DNA of 64,000 nt from Candidatus Omnitrophota bacterium (GCA_043805415.1 JAZDHZ010000039.1:14554-78553), one strand, 5' to 3'. Counted from the first letter of the stretch, positions 10,189 to 20,792 are shown. The notes: generated by a model from the letters alone, not told the origin. Made by a program: numbers and translations.

Positions 10189-12099
10189 ATGAATATTCAT
10201 AGCTTGCTGGATCGCCAGATAAAAAAATATCTTGGCGGCGCTAAAAATTTAATCCAGGAACAGCAGAGGTTTTTTGAAGCAGTTAATGCTACCTATAATT
10301 ACGCGGATGAAGAGCGAAAACTTCTTGAGCGTTCCCTGGAGTTAAGTTCGCAGGAACTGAGGCAAAAAAATTCCGATTATAAGCAGGCTCTCAATGATTT
10401 GAAAGATAGCGAACACCGTTATGCCATTGCCGCCGAAGGATCCAATGACGGATTATGGGACTGGGATTTAAAAACAAATAAAGTTTACTATTCTCCCCGA
10501 TGGAAAGCAATGCTCGGATTTAAAGAGGATGAAATTGATTCTACTCCAGAGACATGGTTTAGGCGTATTCATAGCAGCGACGCTCTTTTTGTCGAAAGAG
10601 CGATGGATAGTCGAAAAGCGAAAACAGATGACGCTCATCTTGAGATAGAATATCGGATAATGCATAAAAACGGCACATATATTTGGGTTTTAACCCGGGG
10701 CATCGCGGTTTCTGACGCAGAAGGCAGAGTTGTCCGAATGGCTGGTTCGCAAACCGATATCACTAAGAGCAAGGCAGGTGAAGAACAGCTGCGTTATGAC
10801 GCGCTCCATGATAGGCTTACAGGTCTGCCAAATAGAAGTTTATTTGTTGACCGGCTCTTAAATCTGATTGAGCGGATTAAAAGGCATCCAGAACATCTTT
10901 TCGCGGTGCTTTTTATTGACATTGACAGATTTAAATATGTTAATGACAGCCTTGGGCATATCGCGGGAGATCAACTTTTAGTATCTATTGCTAAAAACCT
11001 TAAAACTTGTTTGCGGGCTGGAGATACTGTCGCGCGTTTCGGAGGCGATGAGTTCATAATTTTATTAGAAGATGTATCGAATTCCGAGGAGGTAGAACAA
11101 GTTGTCAAGCGTATTGAAAAAAGCATTTCTATCCCCCTAACTCTCGATGAACAGCAAGTATTTGTGACGGCTAGTATTGGAATCGCTTTTAATGATGTCA
11201 GCATAAATTCCCCTGAAATTTTATTAAGAGACGCGGATACGGCGATGTATCAGGCAAAAATGCAAGGCAAGGCAAGGCATGTGTTTTTTAGCAAAGAAAT
11301 GCATGCTGTGGCTGTGACTCGATTGCAAATAGAGGCGGAATTACGTCAGGCCGTAGAAAAGCAGGAATTTGAAGTATATTATCAACCGATTTTATCCCTG
11401 CCGGATAAAAAAATTATCCGAATGGAAGCTCTTTTGCGCTGGCATCATCCCCAAAGGGGGATTGTTCCTCCCTTAGACTTTATTCCCTTAGCTGAAGAAA
11501 CCGGTCTTATTATAAATATCGGAGAATGGGTTATTAAGGAAGTTTGCCGCCAGTCCAAAATATGGCAAAACGCTGACTATCCTAAAGTGAACATAGCTTT
11601 TAATTGCTCCGCGCGCCAGTTCAAGCACAAGTATTTTTTTGAGAGGATTAAAGATATATTATCAAAAGTCGGCGCTAACGCGTTCACCCTTGAACTTGAG
11701 ATCACCGAAAGCATCGCGATGGACGATATTATGTTCACGGTAAAATTATTAACGAGATTAAAAGATATTGGGATGAAGATTTCAATAGATGATTTTGGAG
11801 TCGGGTATTCTTCATTGAGCTGTTTGAAGCATTTTCCAATTGATGCTGTTAAGATTGATCGTACTTTTATAAAAGATATCCCGGTGAATAAAGCTAATGT
11901 CGCGTTAACATCGGCGATTATTACTCTGGGCCATGGATTAGGGTTAAAGGTTGTTGGTGAAGGGGTGGAAACCGAAGAAGAATTTAAATTTTTGAATGAA
12001 TGCGGATGTGATGAGGCGCAAGGTTTTCTTTTCTCGCGGCCAGTCCCAGCGCAAGAAGCGGAAAAGCTTTTGTTTAAATATAATGGCCCCAAGGATTGA
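10189..12099 (+). CDS. PAS-GGDEF-EAL diguanylate cyclase/phosphodiesterase
   Basis: DGLWDWD PAS/PAC, RAGD I-site, RFGGDEF, MEALLRW, DDFGVGYSS, EGVET, QGFLFSRP. Confidence 0.95.
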   Translation: MNIHSLLDRQIKKYLGGAKNLIQEQQRFFEAVNATYNYADEERKLLERSLELSSQELRQKNSDYKQALNDLKDSEHRYAIAAEGSNDGLWDWDLKTNKVYYSPRWKAMLGFKEDEIDSTPETWFRRIHSSDALFVERAMDSRKAKTDDAHLEIEYRIMHKNGTYIWVLTRGIAVSDAEGRVVRMAGSQTDITKSKAGEEQLRYDALHDRLTGLPNRSLFVDRLLNLIERIKRHPEHLFAVLFIDIDRFKYVNDSLGHIAGDQLLVSIAKNLKTCLRAGDTVARFGGDEFIILLEDVSNSEEVEQVVKRIEKSISIPLTLDEQQVFVTASIGIAFNDVSINSPEILLRDADTAMYQAKMQGKARHVFFSKEMHAVAVTRLQIEAELRQAVEKQEFEVYYQPILSLPDKKIIRMEALLRWHHPQRGIVPPLDFIPLAEETGLIINIGEWVIKEVCRQSKIWQNADYPKVNIAFNCSARQFKHKYFFERIKDILSKVGANAFTLELEITESIAMDDIMFTVKLLTRLKDIGMKISIDDFGVGYSSLSCLKHFPIDAVKIDRTFIKDIPVNKANVALTSAIITLGHGLGLKVVGEGVETEEEFKFLNECGCDEAQGFLFSRPVPAQEAEKLLFKYNGPKD

Positions 12100-12134
12100 T
12101 AGTGCAGGATAATTAAGCCAAAGGAATATTGCGA

Positions 12135-13367
12135 ATGACCATTCCTAAACCAAACCGCTCAAAATTTGGATCACGAATAAAAGATACTATCCAATCAATA
12201 CCTTTTCATATTATTTTTATTTTAGTCTATTTCCTGGGTTTAGTGATTCTAAAGGAATTTATTCCCGGATTTGACAATCTGCGAGGGTATTTGTATGTTA
12301 TTCTAATTTCGCTTGCCGGAATTTGTTTTGGGCTTAAGGGCGGATTGATTTTTTCAGCTTTATCCATATTAATTTATATTTTCCAGGAAAACATAGTTAC
12401 TCAAGGGGCTCTTAATAAAACCGGGGCGCATGATTTTTATATAAACAGCGTTGTTTATGTCCTGGCCGGCATAGTGATTGGCAGTTTTTCCGAACTGGAA
12501 AGGGACATTAAAAAGCGGCTGCAGGTTTTAGCCCAATTTGATGGGCTGACAAATTGTTATAATTACAGAAGGATAATAGAGCTTCTTGAACAGGAGCTTT
12601 CGCGTTCAAAAAGATATGGCCGCTCCTTTACAATCATTCTCCTTGATATTGACTTTTTTAAGAAAATAAATGATATGTATGGACATCTTGTCGGTAATAA
12701 TGTGCTAAAAAGCTTCGCGCAAAATTTAACAACAAGCCTGCGCGATATAGATATTGTCGGGCGCTATGGCGGTGAGGAATTTTTAGTGATTTTACCGGAA
12801 ACCACGATTGATGAGTGTCCGCGGATATTGGAACGGATTAAAAGCAAAATGAAACATATTGTTGTTACCTCGCCTTATTTGAAAGCGCCGCTGAACTTAT
12901 CGATAAAGTTCAGTGCTGGAGTAGCAGCTTGTCCGACAGACGGAGCAAACGCGAATCAAATGATCAGCATGGTTGATTCCGCGCTCTATGAAGCAAAAAG
13001 AAGCGGTAGAGATAAGGCGATTATTGAGAAAAGAAGCGCGATACGCTTTAAACAGTTTAGCGGTTTATCAATATCTCTTGTTGATTTTTCAGCAAACAAA
13101 GAATATGAAGATGTTTTTTTAATCAATGTTTCACCAGGCGGGTTTAAAATAAAACTGGATCAGAATTTAGAAAAGCATAAGTTTTTAGCCAGAATCTCCC
13201 TGCCTGGGGAGGATTTAAAGTCTGAAGCTAACTGCGAAATATGCTACAAGCAAAAAACCACCACCGGACAATATAATATCGGGTTTCGTTTTACAGATAT
13301 GAGCGTAGCTGTCCAAGATAAGATATACGCCTGTTGTACTTCAATTAATAATACGAATAGACCTTAG
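12135..13367 (+). CDS. Membrane-anchored diguanylate cyclase with C-terminal PilZ domain
   Basis: N-terminal TM helices, RDID I-site, RYGGEEF, PilZ motifs RSAIR and NVSPGG, YNIGFRF. Confidence 0.88.
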   Translation: MTIPKPNRSKFGSRIKDTIQSIPFHIIFILVYFLGLVILKEFIPGFDNLRGYLYVILISLAGICFGLKGGLIFSALSILIYIFQENIVTQGALNKTGAHDFYINSVVYVLAGIVIGSFSELERDIKKRLQVLAQFDGLTNCYNYRRIIELLEQELSRSKRYGRSFTIILLDIDFFKKINDMYGHLVGNNVLKSFAQNLTTSLRDIDIVGRYGGEEFLVILPETTIDECPRILERIKSKMKHIVVTSPYLKAPLNLSIKFSAGVAACPTDGANANQMISMVDSALYEAKRSGRDKAIIEKRSAIRFKQFSGLSISLVDFSANKEYEDVFLINVSPGGFKIKLDQNLEKHKFLARISLPGEDLKSEANCEICYKQKTTTGQYNIGFRFTDMSVAVQDKIYACCTSINNTNRP

Positions 13368-13492
13368 AGCAGCCTTAAAAAAACCATTAAAACTAATCAG
13401 ATATACTCTAAACCCCGAAGAAATGTTTTTCTTCCTTGTCTTGAATTTAAGGTTACTGCTTTTAATGAAAGTCAGCGTTTGTATCTACAGCA

Positions 13493-13521
13493 TTGATTTT
13501 CACAAGGGCGCGTGGTAGAAT
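13493..13521 (+). promoter_or_regulatory. Sigma70-type promoter of the polysaccharide locus
   Basis: TTGATT-17 bp-TAGAAT with extended TG. Confidence 0.55.
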
Positions 13522-13589
13522 TATACGCATAACATGTTTTGCTGTAGGCGTTTATATAACACCTAAATTTGGAGCGATCTGTAACAATA

Positions 13590-14441
13590 ATGGGCAAGCA
13601 TATTTTAGATATTTTAGAGTTTTTCAATCCTTGGGATAATTGCGACTTCTCAGAAAAAAAGAGAGGATTAAAGCAAACATTATTGATCGCCCTTAAAAAA
13701 TTATACTTTTGGGGCCAAAAGACGATCCTGATCCGTTATTATCCGGTTAAAAAAATAATTAAAAAAAAATTAAATAAAGCTAATTTACTGGAAGTAGGTT
13801 CGGGATCTTTAGGATTAAGCCGCTGTTTGAAAAAGAAAATTGTGGGAGTTGATCTGAAAACAACCGGGCCAAGATATGGAAATATGAGTTTAGTAAAGGC
13901 TGACGCGGCAGCTTTGCCTTTTCGAGATAATTCTTTTGATTTTGTCGTTTCTGTGGATATGCTTGAGCATATCCCGGAGCGATCAAGACAAAAAGTTGTC
14001 GGGGAATTATTAAGAGTTTGCAAAAAAAAGGCTTTTATCGGAGTTCCCTGCGGAGAGCTTGCCAGGAAATGGGAGGAAAAAGCAGGAAAAGTTTATAATT
14101 CAGCCTTGAAAAAACTAGAAAATCAAAAGAATCGAAAAAATAAATTTGCCGAAAGAAATATTTTTTTAAGTGAGCATAGTAGATATGGACTGCCGGAAGA
14201 ATCGAGAATGAAGGAATATATCAACGCGTTTATTAATGATGCGGATGGAAAATTTTCTCTAAATATAATTGATAATGAAAGCACTTGGGTCTGGTATTAT
14301 GGATTATTAGGCGACATGAAATATAATTACTTAAGATGGGCAGTGACAACTATTTTTTTTATCGCTTTTTTCGAGATTCTTTGCCGCGTCAAATGGGGCG
14401 GATGTTATCGGAAAATTTTTGTTATTGAAAGGCTTATTTAA
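13590..14441 (+). CDS. Class I SAM-dependent methyltransferase
   Basis: LLEVGSGS, ADAAALPFRDNSFDFVVSVDMLEHI. Confidence 0.85.
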   Translation: MGKHILDILEFFNPWDNCDFSEKKRGLKQTLLIALKKLYFWGQKTILIRYYPVKKIIKKKLNKANLLEVGSGSLGLSRCLKKKIVGVDLKTTGPRYGNMSLVKADAAALPFRDNSFDFVVSVDMLEHIPERSRQKVVGELLRVCKKKAFIGVPCGELARKWEEKAGKVYNSALKKLENQKNRKNKFAERNIFLSEHSRYGLPEESRMKEYINAFINDADGKFSLNIIDNESTWVWYYGLLGDMKYNYLRWAVTTIFFIAFFEILCRVKWGGCYRKIFVIERLI

Positions 14442-14443
14442 CA

Positions 14444-15493
14444 ATGAAAGTTTCCGTTATAATCCCGATTTATAATGCCGCGGCTACTATCGCGGCCTGC
14501 CTCAAGAGTTTAGCGCTCCAGGACCGGATACCTGATCAAATCCTGCTTGTTGATAATGGGTCTAAAGATGATACAGTTAATATAATTAATAAGTTTATCG
14601 AGGAACATAGAAGTTTAAATATTGTCTTGTTAAAAGAAGATAAAAAAGGGGCTGGCTGCGCGAGGAATAAAGGCTTAAAATCCGCGCAAGGAGATATTGT
14701 CGCGTTTACTGATTCTGACTGTATTGTAGAAAAAAAATGGCTGGAAAACATATTGTGTAAGTTTGAGCAAACCAATGCCGACGCGATCGGCGGTATGGTT
14801 AAGATATATCAACCGAAAACCTGTTCTGAAAAGCTGCAGGCATTATCTTGGGATCTGCACCCGGCATATATAGATAGTTTTATTGAATATCCCTGGCAGC
14901 CTTTGTTCGGTAAAATGCTGGGAACTTTGAATTGCGCGTTTCGCAAGCATGTTTTTGAGAAAATCGGAGGTTTCGATGAAGAGCTTAATATATCCGGCGA
15001 AGATATGGATTTTACACTCAGGGCATTTTCAGCCGGTTTTAAAATCCTGGTTTGGTCAAAAGATGTATTGGTGTATCATATGCCCCGCGCTAAATATTTT
15101 TCTTATTTAAAACAGATATTTGAGTATCGGATCATATTGCCGTTTTTATTGAAGAAACATTTTAATAATATTTTGCTGATTGATCTGCCGATATTCGGGT
15201 TGAAAAAGTTTTCTTTCCCCTGGGGCGTTGCTTTTACCCGAGAGTTTCTCGGGATACTTTTTTTACTATTTATTGGTGTTTTTTTTCAAATCAACGTGGA
15301 GGTGCTAAGTCTAATTATTTCCCTTTTGTTTTTAAAGGTTAGTTTTTATATAATATCGCGAAGGAATTTCTTAGAACAGAAAATAGGGGCTGGAGAGATT
15401 GTCGTTATGATATTTTTAGAGTTTATAAAAAAAAGTGTTTCTGAATATGGAAGGCTCTATGGAGTCATAAAGTATAAATCTGTTTATTTGTAA
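14444..15493 (+). CDS. Glycosyltransferase family 2 with C-terminal TM segments
   Basis: VSVIIPIYN, VDNGSKD, FTDSDC, GGFDE..GEDMD. Confidence 0.9.
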   Translation: MKVSVIIPIYNAAATIAACLKSLALQDRIPDQILLVDNGSKDDTVNIINKFIEEHRSLNIVLLKEDKKGAGCARNKGLKSAQGDIVAFTDSDCIVEKKWLENILCKFEQTNADAIGGMVKIYQPKTCSEKLQALSWDLHPAYIDSFIEYPWQPLFGKMLGTLNCAFRKHVFEKIGGFDEELNISGEDMDFTLRAFSAGFKILVWSKDVLVYHMPRAKYFSYLKQIFEYRIILPFLLKKHFNNILLIDLPIFGLKKFSFPWGVAFTREFLGILFLLFIGVFFQINVEVLSLIISLLFLKVSFYIISRRNFLEQKIGAGEIVVMIFLEFIKKSVSEYGRLYGVIKYKSVYL

Positions 15494-15504
15494 GGGAGTT
15501 AATT

Positions 15505-16824
15505 ATGAAAAAATTTTTAGTATTTTTGCTGATTCTTAACGCTGTTGTCTGTGTTTCTGGTTTTGGCGCGGATAAAAAAATAGTGGAGGAACGCGGCGGG
15601 CGGACTAAAGTAGTAAAATATAATGATGGGTCTTGGGAGCTTCTCGTGGACGGGAAGCCCTTTTTTATTAAAGGAGTTATCTTTTGTCCGGTCAAGATCG
15701 GTGAGTGGCCGCAAGAGGCTACGATGCGGGACTGGATGTATTATGATGATGATAATGACGGCCGCAATGATATCGCCTGTCAAACATGGGTGGATAAAAA
15801 TAAAAATAATAAGCAGGACGCTGATGAGAAGCTGGTGGGTGATTTTGAGCTATTAAGAGAGCTAGGCTGCAATGTTATAAGATTATATCATGTGGCTTCA
15901 GATAGTCCTTTGTTAGGCCAACTCTATAAAACAAACCCGAGTACAGAATTGCAATTTGATCATAAGGTAAATAAGGAATTATTACGTTCTCTATATGCTG
16001 ATTATGGAATAAAAGTGATGGTCGGTAACTTTTTGGGTTCTTGGACGATCGGATCCGGGGCTTCCTGGGAAGAAGGGACAGATTATACTAATCCTGCGCA
16101 TCGGGAAAATATAAAAACATCAGTAAGGGCAATGGTCGAAGATAATAAAGATGAACCCTATGTACTGATGTGGGTTTTGGGAAATGAAAATAATATTGCT
16201 ACCTGGTCAAAGTGCAATGCCAATAAGCAGCCGGAAGCTTACGCGAAATTGGTTGGGGAAATAGCGGATATGATCCATCAAATGGATCCTGAGCATCCGG
16301 TGGCGGTTTGTGACGGCGATAATTTTAATACTTTAAAAATGTATGCTGAATACGCGAAAAGTATTGATGTTATTGCCTATAATTCTTACAGAGGGAAATC
16401 CGGGTTTGGCGCTTTATGGAAAAACGTTAAAAGAATTTTTGACAGGCCGGTATTTATCTCAGAATTCGGCATGTTTTCATACAATACTAATAAGGGAGAG
16501 GATGAACAATTCCAAGCAAACTACATTAGAAATAACTGGAATGATATTGCTTTGAATAGCTATTTTCATATGGGGAAATATAAAAAGTGCGCGGGTAACT
16601 CCCTGGGCGGAGTGGTTTTTGATTGGATAGACCGTTGGTATATGGACGGCAATCCCCAGGAACATGATTTAGGTACAAGAAGCTGGGATAGTCCGGATAA
16701 ATTGCTGCATGAGGAATGGTTTGGGATAGTATCAATGGGCAATGGGGATGATCCGCTTATGCGGCAAAAAAAAGCAGCCTATGATTATTTAAAAAAAGCA
16801 TGGAATTACAAAAAATCGGATTAA
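15505..16824 (+). CDS. Exported clan GH-A (GH2-like TIM barrel) glycoside hydrolase
   Basis: Signal peptide, LGCNVIRLY, WVLGNEN (acid/base), FISEFG (nucleophile), GGVVFDWID. Confidence 0.8.
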   Translation: MKKFLVFLLILNAVVCVSGFGADKKIVEERGGRTKVVKYNDGSWELLVDGKPFFIKGVIFCPVKIGEWPQEATMRDWMYYDDDNDGRNDIACQTWVDKNKNNKQDADEKLVGDFELLRELGCNVIRLYHVASDSPLLGQLYKTNPSTELQFDHKVNKELLRSLYADYGIKVMVGNFLGSWTIGSGASWEEGTDYTNPAHRENIKTSVRAMVEDNKDEPYVLMWVLGNENNIATWSKCNANKQPEAYAKLVGEIADMIHQMDPEHPVAVCDGDNFNTLKMYAEYAKSIDVIAYNSYRGKSGFGALWKNVKRIFDRPVFISEFGMFSYNTNKGEDEQFQANYIRNNWNDIALNSYFHMGKYKKCAGNSLGGVVFDWIDRWYMDGNPQEHDLGTRSWDSPDKLLHEEWFGIVSMGNGDDPLMRQKKAAYDYLKKAWNYKKSD

Positions 16825-16828
16825 TAAC

Positions 16829-17734
16829 ATGAATGATTTTATTTCAGTAGTTATACCGGTATACAATGATAAGGAAAATCTAAAAAAGTCATTGGAAGCG
16901 CTTTTTAAAACAAAGGCTGAAAATTTCGAGGTTATTGTCATAGATGATGCTTCGCTTGACCGTCCGGAATCAGTTGTAAGTAATCACCCGTGTAAATTTA
17001 TTAAATTAGCTCTAAATCAAGGACAGGCAAAAGCCCGTAACGCGGGAGTTGCCCAAGCGAAAGGGGATATTATCCTGTTTACAGATTCAGATTGTATTGT
17101 AATGGATGATTGGGTAAATGTGCTATCAGCTGAGCTTTTAAGATCAAATAAAGCAGATGAATCGGTGATGGCAATCTGCGGCAAAATAGTATCGAATTCA
17201 GGGTTTATTGAGTCGGCGCACGCGTATGCCGGATACGCGTATGTCCAAGAAGGGCCGCGAAGAAGCATGAAATATTTAAATACAGCCTGCGCGGCAGTGT
17301 TTAAAAAAGCATTTTTAGAAGTAGGCGGGTTTTCAGAAGATCTAAGAGTTACAGAAGATCCGGAGCTGGCGTTGAAATTAACCGGACGCGGATATAAAGT
17401 GATTTTTGAGCCAATGGTTTCGGTTTTTCATGAGCATGGGATCAATAATTTCCGTAAGTTCGCGCGAAAACATAAAAACTGGGGCAAAAGTTTGGGAATA
17501 ATGCTGGAAAGAAAGTATCCTAAGCGGATAGGTAATTGTTTGTTTTTGCTGGAACATCCCTGGATCCATGTTTTTTTGATCGTTCCGCTGGCTCTGCTTA
17601 CGACGATCAAGATCATGCTTTATAATTTAAGATATAGTTTTAATGTTCTGCGATACGGCTGGCTGATCTTTATCGGTAAGATATTTTTTCGGTGGGGAAT
17701 TTTTTTAAAGGTACTGCATGAATATCATAAATGA
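16829..17734 (+). CDS. Glycosyltransferase family 2
   Basis: ISVVIPVYN, IDDAS, FTDSDC, GGFSE..EDPEL. Confidence 0.9.
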   Translation: MNDFISVVIPVYNDKENLKKSLEALFKTKAENFEVIVIDDASLDRPESVVSNHPCKFIKLALNQGQAKARNAGVAQAKGDIILFTDSDCIVMDDWVNVLSAELLRSNKADESVMAICGKIVSNSGFIESAHAYAGYAYVQEGPRRSMKYLNTACAAVFKKAFLEVGGFSEDLRVTEDPELALKLTGRGYKVIFEPMVSVFHEHGINNFRKFARKHKNWGKSLGIMLERKYPKRIGNCLFLLEHPWIHVFLIVPLALLTTIKIMLYNLRYSFNVLRYGWLIFIGKIFFRWGIFLKVLHEYHK

Positions 17735-18500
17735 AAGTTGCTTTAAGCAAATAGATAAACAGTATCATGAAGATGATAATGTTGTGGCAACATATGATAA
17801 AAGGATCACTAATTCATATAAACTTGAGCATAAATATTTCACTTTAGATCTTTGGATTAAAAAACTTAAACAAAAAAAGTTTAAAACAATTTTAGATTTT
17901 GGCAGCGGAACAGGTACGGCGACTATAAAGCTTTTGAGTAATAAGCTGAAAGCTGTGTCTGTTGACGCTTCAATGAAAATGATGAAAAAGCTGCGGTTTA
18001 AAGCCAGGGCCGTTCAGTTAAGCCCGAATTGTATAATCGCGGATGTAGAAAGCCTTCCGTTAAAAAGTCAATGTTTTGATGGAGTAATATGCATGGGGGT
18101 ATTACATCATTTGCCGAATAAAAGAAAGGCGATAGAAAACCAGATAAGTGTTTTAAAAAATAATGGCTGCGTGTTTATTTCAGAACCGTTTAAGCATAAG
18201 CCGCGGGTTTCTTATGTGTATCATTTGCTTGCAAGAGTTGGCCGGTTTTTAGCGCGGCTTTTTATAATAAAAAGGCATTCGCGCACAAAAGAAAGTGATT
18301 TAACCAGCAAGGATCTGATTTTAATAAGAAGTGTGTTTGAAGAACATGGTTTTAGCTGCACAGTGCGATTATTGACTTATTGGCCTTTGATTTGCGCTTG
18401 TGTGCCGGAAGGGATTATGCTGCCGATAATAAAGTTTTTAAATAAAACTCAAGTAGGAAGAGTCAGAGGGGATACTGTCATCATTATTGCAGAGAGGTAA
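17718..18500 (+). CDS. Class I SAM-dependent methyltransferase
   Basis: ILDFGSGTG, ADVESLP..FDGVICMGVLHH. Confidence 0.85.
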   Translation: MNIINESCFKQIDKQYHEDDNVVATYDKRITNSYKLEHKYFTLDLWIKKLKQKKFKTILDFGSGTGTATIKLLSNKLKAVSVDASMKMMKKLRFKARAVQLSPNCIIADVESLPLKSQCFDGVICMGVLHHLPNKRKAIENQISVLKNNGCVFISEPFKHKPRVSYVYHLLARVGRFLARLFIIKRHSRTKESDLTSKDLILIRSVFEEHGFSCTVRLLTYWPLICACVPEGIMLPIIKFLNKTQVGRVRGDTVIIIAER

Positions 18501-18501
18501 T

Positions 18502-19332
18502 ATGAAAGATATATCAATAATTATTGTAGGGACAAATGAAAAAGAATTTGTCAGGATCTGTTTAAATTCAATAAAAAAGAGCAAGACTTCTTATTCTGTG
18601 GAAACGATTTTAGTGGATAATGGGTCAACTGATGACACATCCGAAATGGTAAATAATGATTTTAAGGACGTGCGCTTAATCCGGAATGAAAAAAAATTAG
18701 GCTATATTTTTAATAATAATATGGCAATGCAGCACGCCTCAGGCAGGTATATACTGCTTTTGAACTCAGACATAGAGCTGTATGAAAACACATTACAGGG
18801 CGCGATTAGTTTTATGGATAAAAATCCGGACGCTGCTGTTTGCGGGTGTAAGCTTGTTTTTGATGACGGGACGCTGCAGTTAAACTGCCGGAGATTTCCT
18901 ACACCGCTGACTTATTTATCGCGGCTTCCGCATTTTTTTCACTGGGTCAAATTTGCTAAAAAATTTGCCAAAAATAGAATTGTTTCCAGATACCTGATGC
19001 GGGACTTTTCGCATGAAGAAACCAGGAAGGTCGATTGGCTTGTATCCGCGTTTTTTTTAATGAGAAAAAAAGCCATAGATGATATCGGGATTTTTGATAA
19101 AAAACTGATGCAGCCTTTTTACCTTGAAGACGTTGAGTGGTGTTTTCGCGCGCATTTGAAGGGCTGGAGTGTTTATTATGTGCCTGAAATTTGCGCGGTT
19201 CATTATTACCAGAGAGGCAGTGTGAAGAAATTTAATAAACTAAGTATAGTGCATCTGGTAAATATCCTTAAATTTTTCAATAAACATGGTCTATCAATGC
19301 TGTTTAGAAGACATAGAGGCCCAAAAATATGA
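18502..19332 (+). CDS. Glycosyltransferase family 2 (WbbL/rhamnosyltransferase-like)
   Basis: VDNGSTD, LLLNSD, CRRFPT, VDWLVSAFF, YLEDVEWC. Confidence 0.88.
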   Translation: MKDISIIIVGTNEKEFVRICLNSIKKSKTSYSVETILVDNGSTDDTSEMVNNDFKDVRLIRNEKKLGYIFNNNMAMQHASGRYILLLNSDIELYENTLQGAISFMDKNPDAAVCGCKLVFDDGTLQLNCRRFPTPLTYLSRLPHFFHWVKFAKKFAKNRIVSRYLMRDFSHEETRKVDWLVSAFFLMRKKAIDDIGIFDKKLMQPFYLEDVEWCFRAHLKGWSVYYVPEICAVHYYQRGSVKKFNKLSIVHLVNILKFFNKHGLSMLFRRHRGPKI

Positions 19333-20792
19333 AGGTTTTACTCTTGAATTCTCCCTGGGTCAATAATGACACAGAATATGGGATCAAGTCAGGTACTCGC
19401 TGGGCAGCGGTCAGAAAAAAAGATAGAACAATGCCGTATTTCCCTTTTCCGTATTTTATGGCTATGGCCAAAACATATCTAATAAAAGCAGGGATCGACG
19501 CGCATATTAAAGACGCGGTTGCTGAGGAACTCTCGGGTGAACAATGCCTTGAATTTGTAAGGTGTATGAAACCGGAGGTGCTGCTTATTGAGGTCTTTAC
19601 GCCTTCGATCTATATTGATCTGTCTTTTGCTAAGCAAGCCAAAGAACTGAGTTCCTGCTTTATTGTATTTTGCGGAGCGCACGCGACGGCTTTGCCTGAA
19701 GATATGCTGAAAAATGATTTTGTCGATTTTGTTCTATTGGGAGAATATTCAGATAGCTTAAGGCAATTATGTCAACAGCTGTCCGGGCCTGATCCTGAAT
19801 TCGCGGCTATTGGCGGCCTGGGCTACAAAGACAAAGGCCGTATTGTTATAAATTCTTTTCAGAATTCCCGCTCTGATTTTGACGCGGTAGTTTATCCCCA
19901 AAGGGATGAACTACCCATGGAAAAATATAATGAGCCTTTAAGTAAAAACCATTCCAATGCCAAAATTGTAACAAGTAGGGGATGTCCCTACGCGTGCATG
20001 TTTTGCGTGGAACCTTTGCTCTATAAAAAAAATTACCAGCAGAGATCAATAGATAATATTATTGCCGAGATCAAAATGCTGCAGGAAATGTATGGCATAA
20101 AAGAGATAATTTTTGATGACGCTTTATTTACGATCTCCCGCGCCAAACAAATTGCCAAGGCAATTCTGGAGAATAAAATTGATATTGCCTGGTTATGCTG
20201 GATCGATTGGAACATCAGCTTTGATGATCTTAAACTTATAAAAGAGAGCGGTTGTATTGCTGTAAAATTCGGAATAGAATCCGCGGATTTTAAAAAGGTT
20301 AAGCTTATCGGAAAAAATCTAGAGCCCGAGAAATTAGAACAGCTTATAAAAAACTGTAAAAAATTAAAAATATTGGCACATGCTTCTTTTATGCTTGGTT
20401 TGCCTGGTGAAACCAGGAAATCGTTACAGGATACGGTAGATTTCGCGTTTTCCTTAAATCTGGATTCCTGTCAATTTACTATTGCTACTCCTTTGCCTGG
20501 TACTGCTTTTTATGAAATGGCAGTTAAAAATAAGTGGTTGATAACCGATGATTGGGCGAAGTTTGATAGTTTGCAGAGTTGTGTCCTTAAATATCCGGGT
20601 TGTGATCCGGAAGATGTGGTTAGGGCAATGGAACAAGTAAGGCAAAGAAAAATAAGGCTGTTTTTCAGCAATCCATTGCTGGCACTCAGATATATTTGGA
20701 AAATATTCAAATTAAAAGGGGTTAAAGGGTTTGGCAAAGAGGTAATAACTAAAGGAAATTTTGTTTTGAAATCCATGCTGAGATTGAAATGA
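19329..20792 (+). CDS. Cobalamin-binding radical SAM protein
   Basis: N-terminal B12-binding region (CGAHATALP, DFVLLGE), TSRGCPYACMFC, FGIES, FMLGLPGET, TPLPGT. Confidence 0.9.
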   Translation: MKVLLLNSPWVNNDTEYGIKSGTRWAAVRKKDRTMPYFPFPYFMAMAKTYLIKAGIDAHIKDAVAEELSGEQCLEFVRCMKPEVLLIEVFTPSIYIDLSFAKQAKELSSCFIVFCGAHATALPEDMLKNDFVDFVLLGEYSDSLRQLCQQLSGPDPEFAAIGGLGYKDKGRIVINSFQNSRSDFDAVVYPQRDELPMEKYNEPLSKNHSNAKIVTSRGCPYACMFCVEPLLYKKNYQQRSIDNIIAEIKMLQEMYGIKEIIFDDALFTISRAKQIAKAILENKIDIAWLCWIDWNISFDDLKLIKESGCIAVKFGIESADFKKVKLIGKNLEPEKLEQLIKNCKKLKILAHASFMLGLPGETRKSLQDTVDFAFSLNLDSCQFTIATPLPGTAFYEMAVKNKWLITDDWAKFDSLQSCVLKYPGCDPEDVVRAMEQVRQRKIRLFFSNPLLALRYIWKIFKLKGVKGFGKEVITKGNFVLKSMLRLK

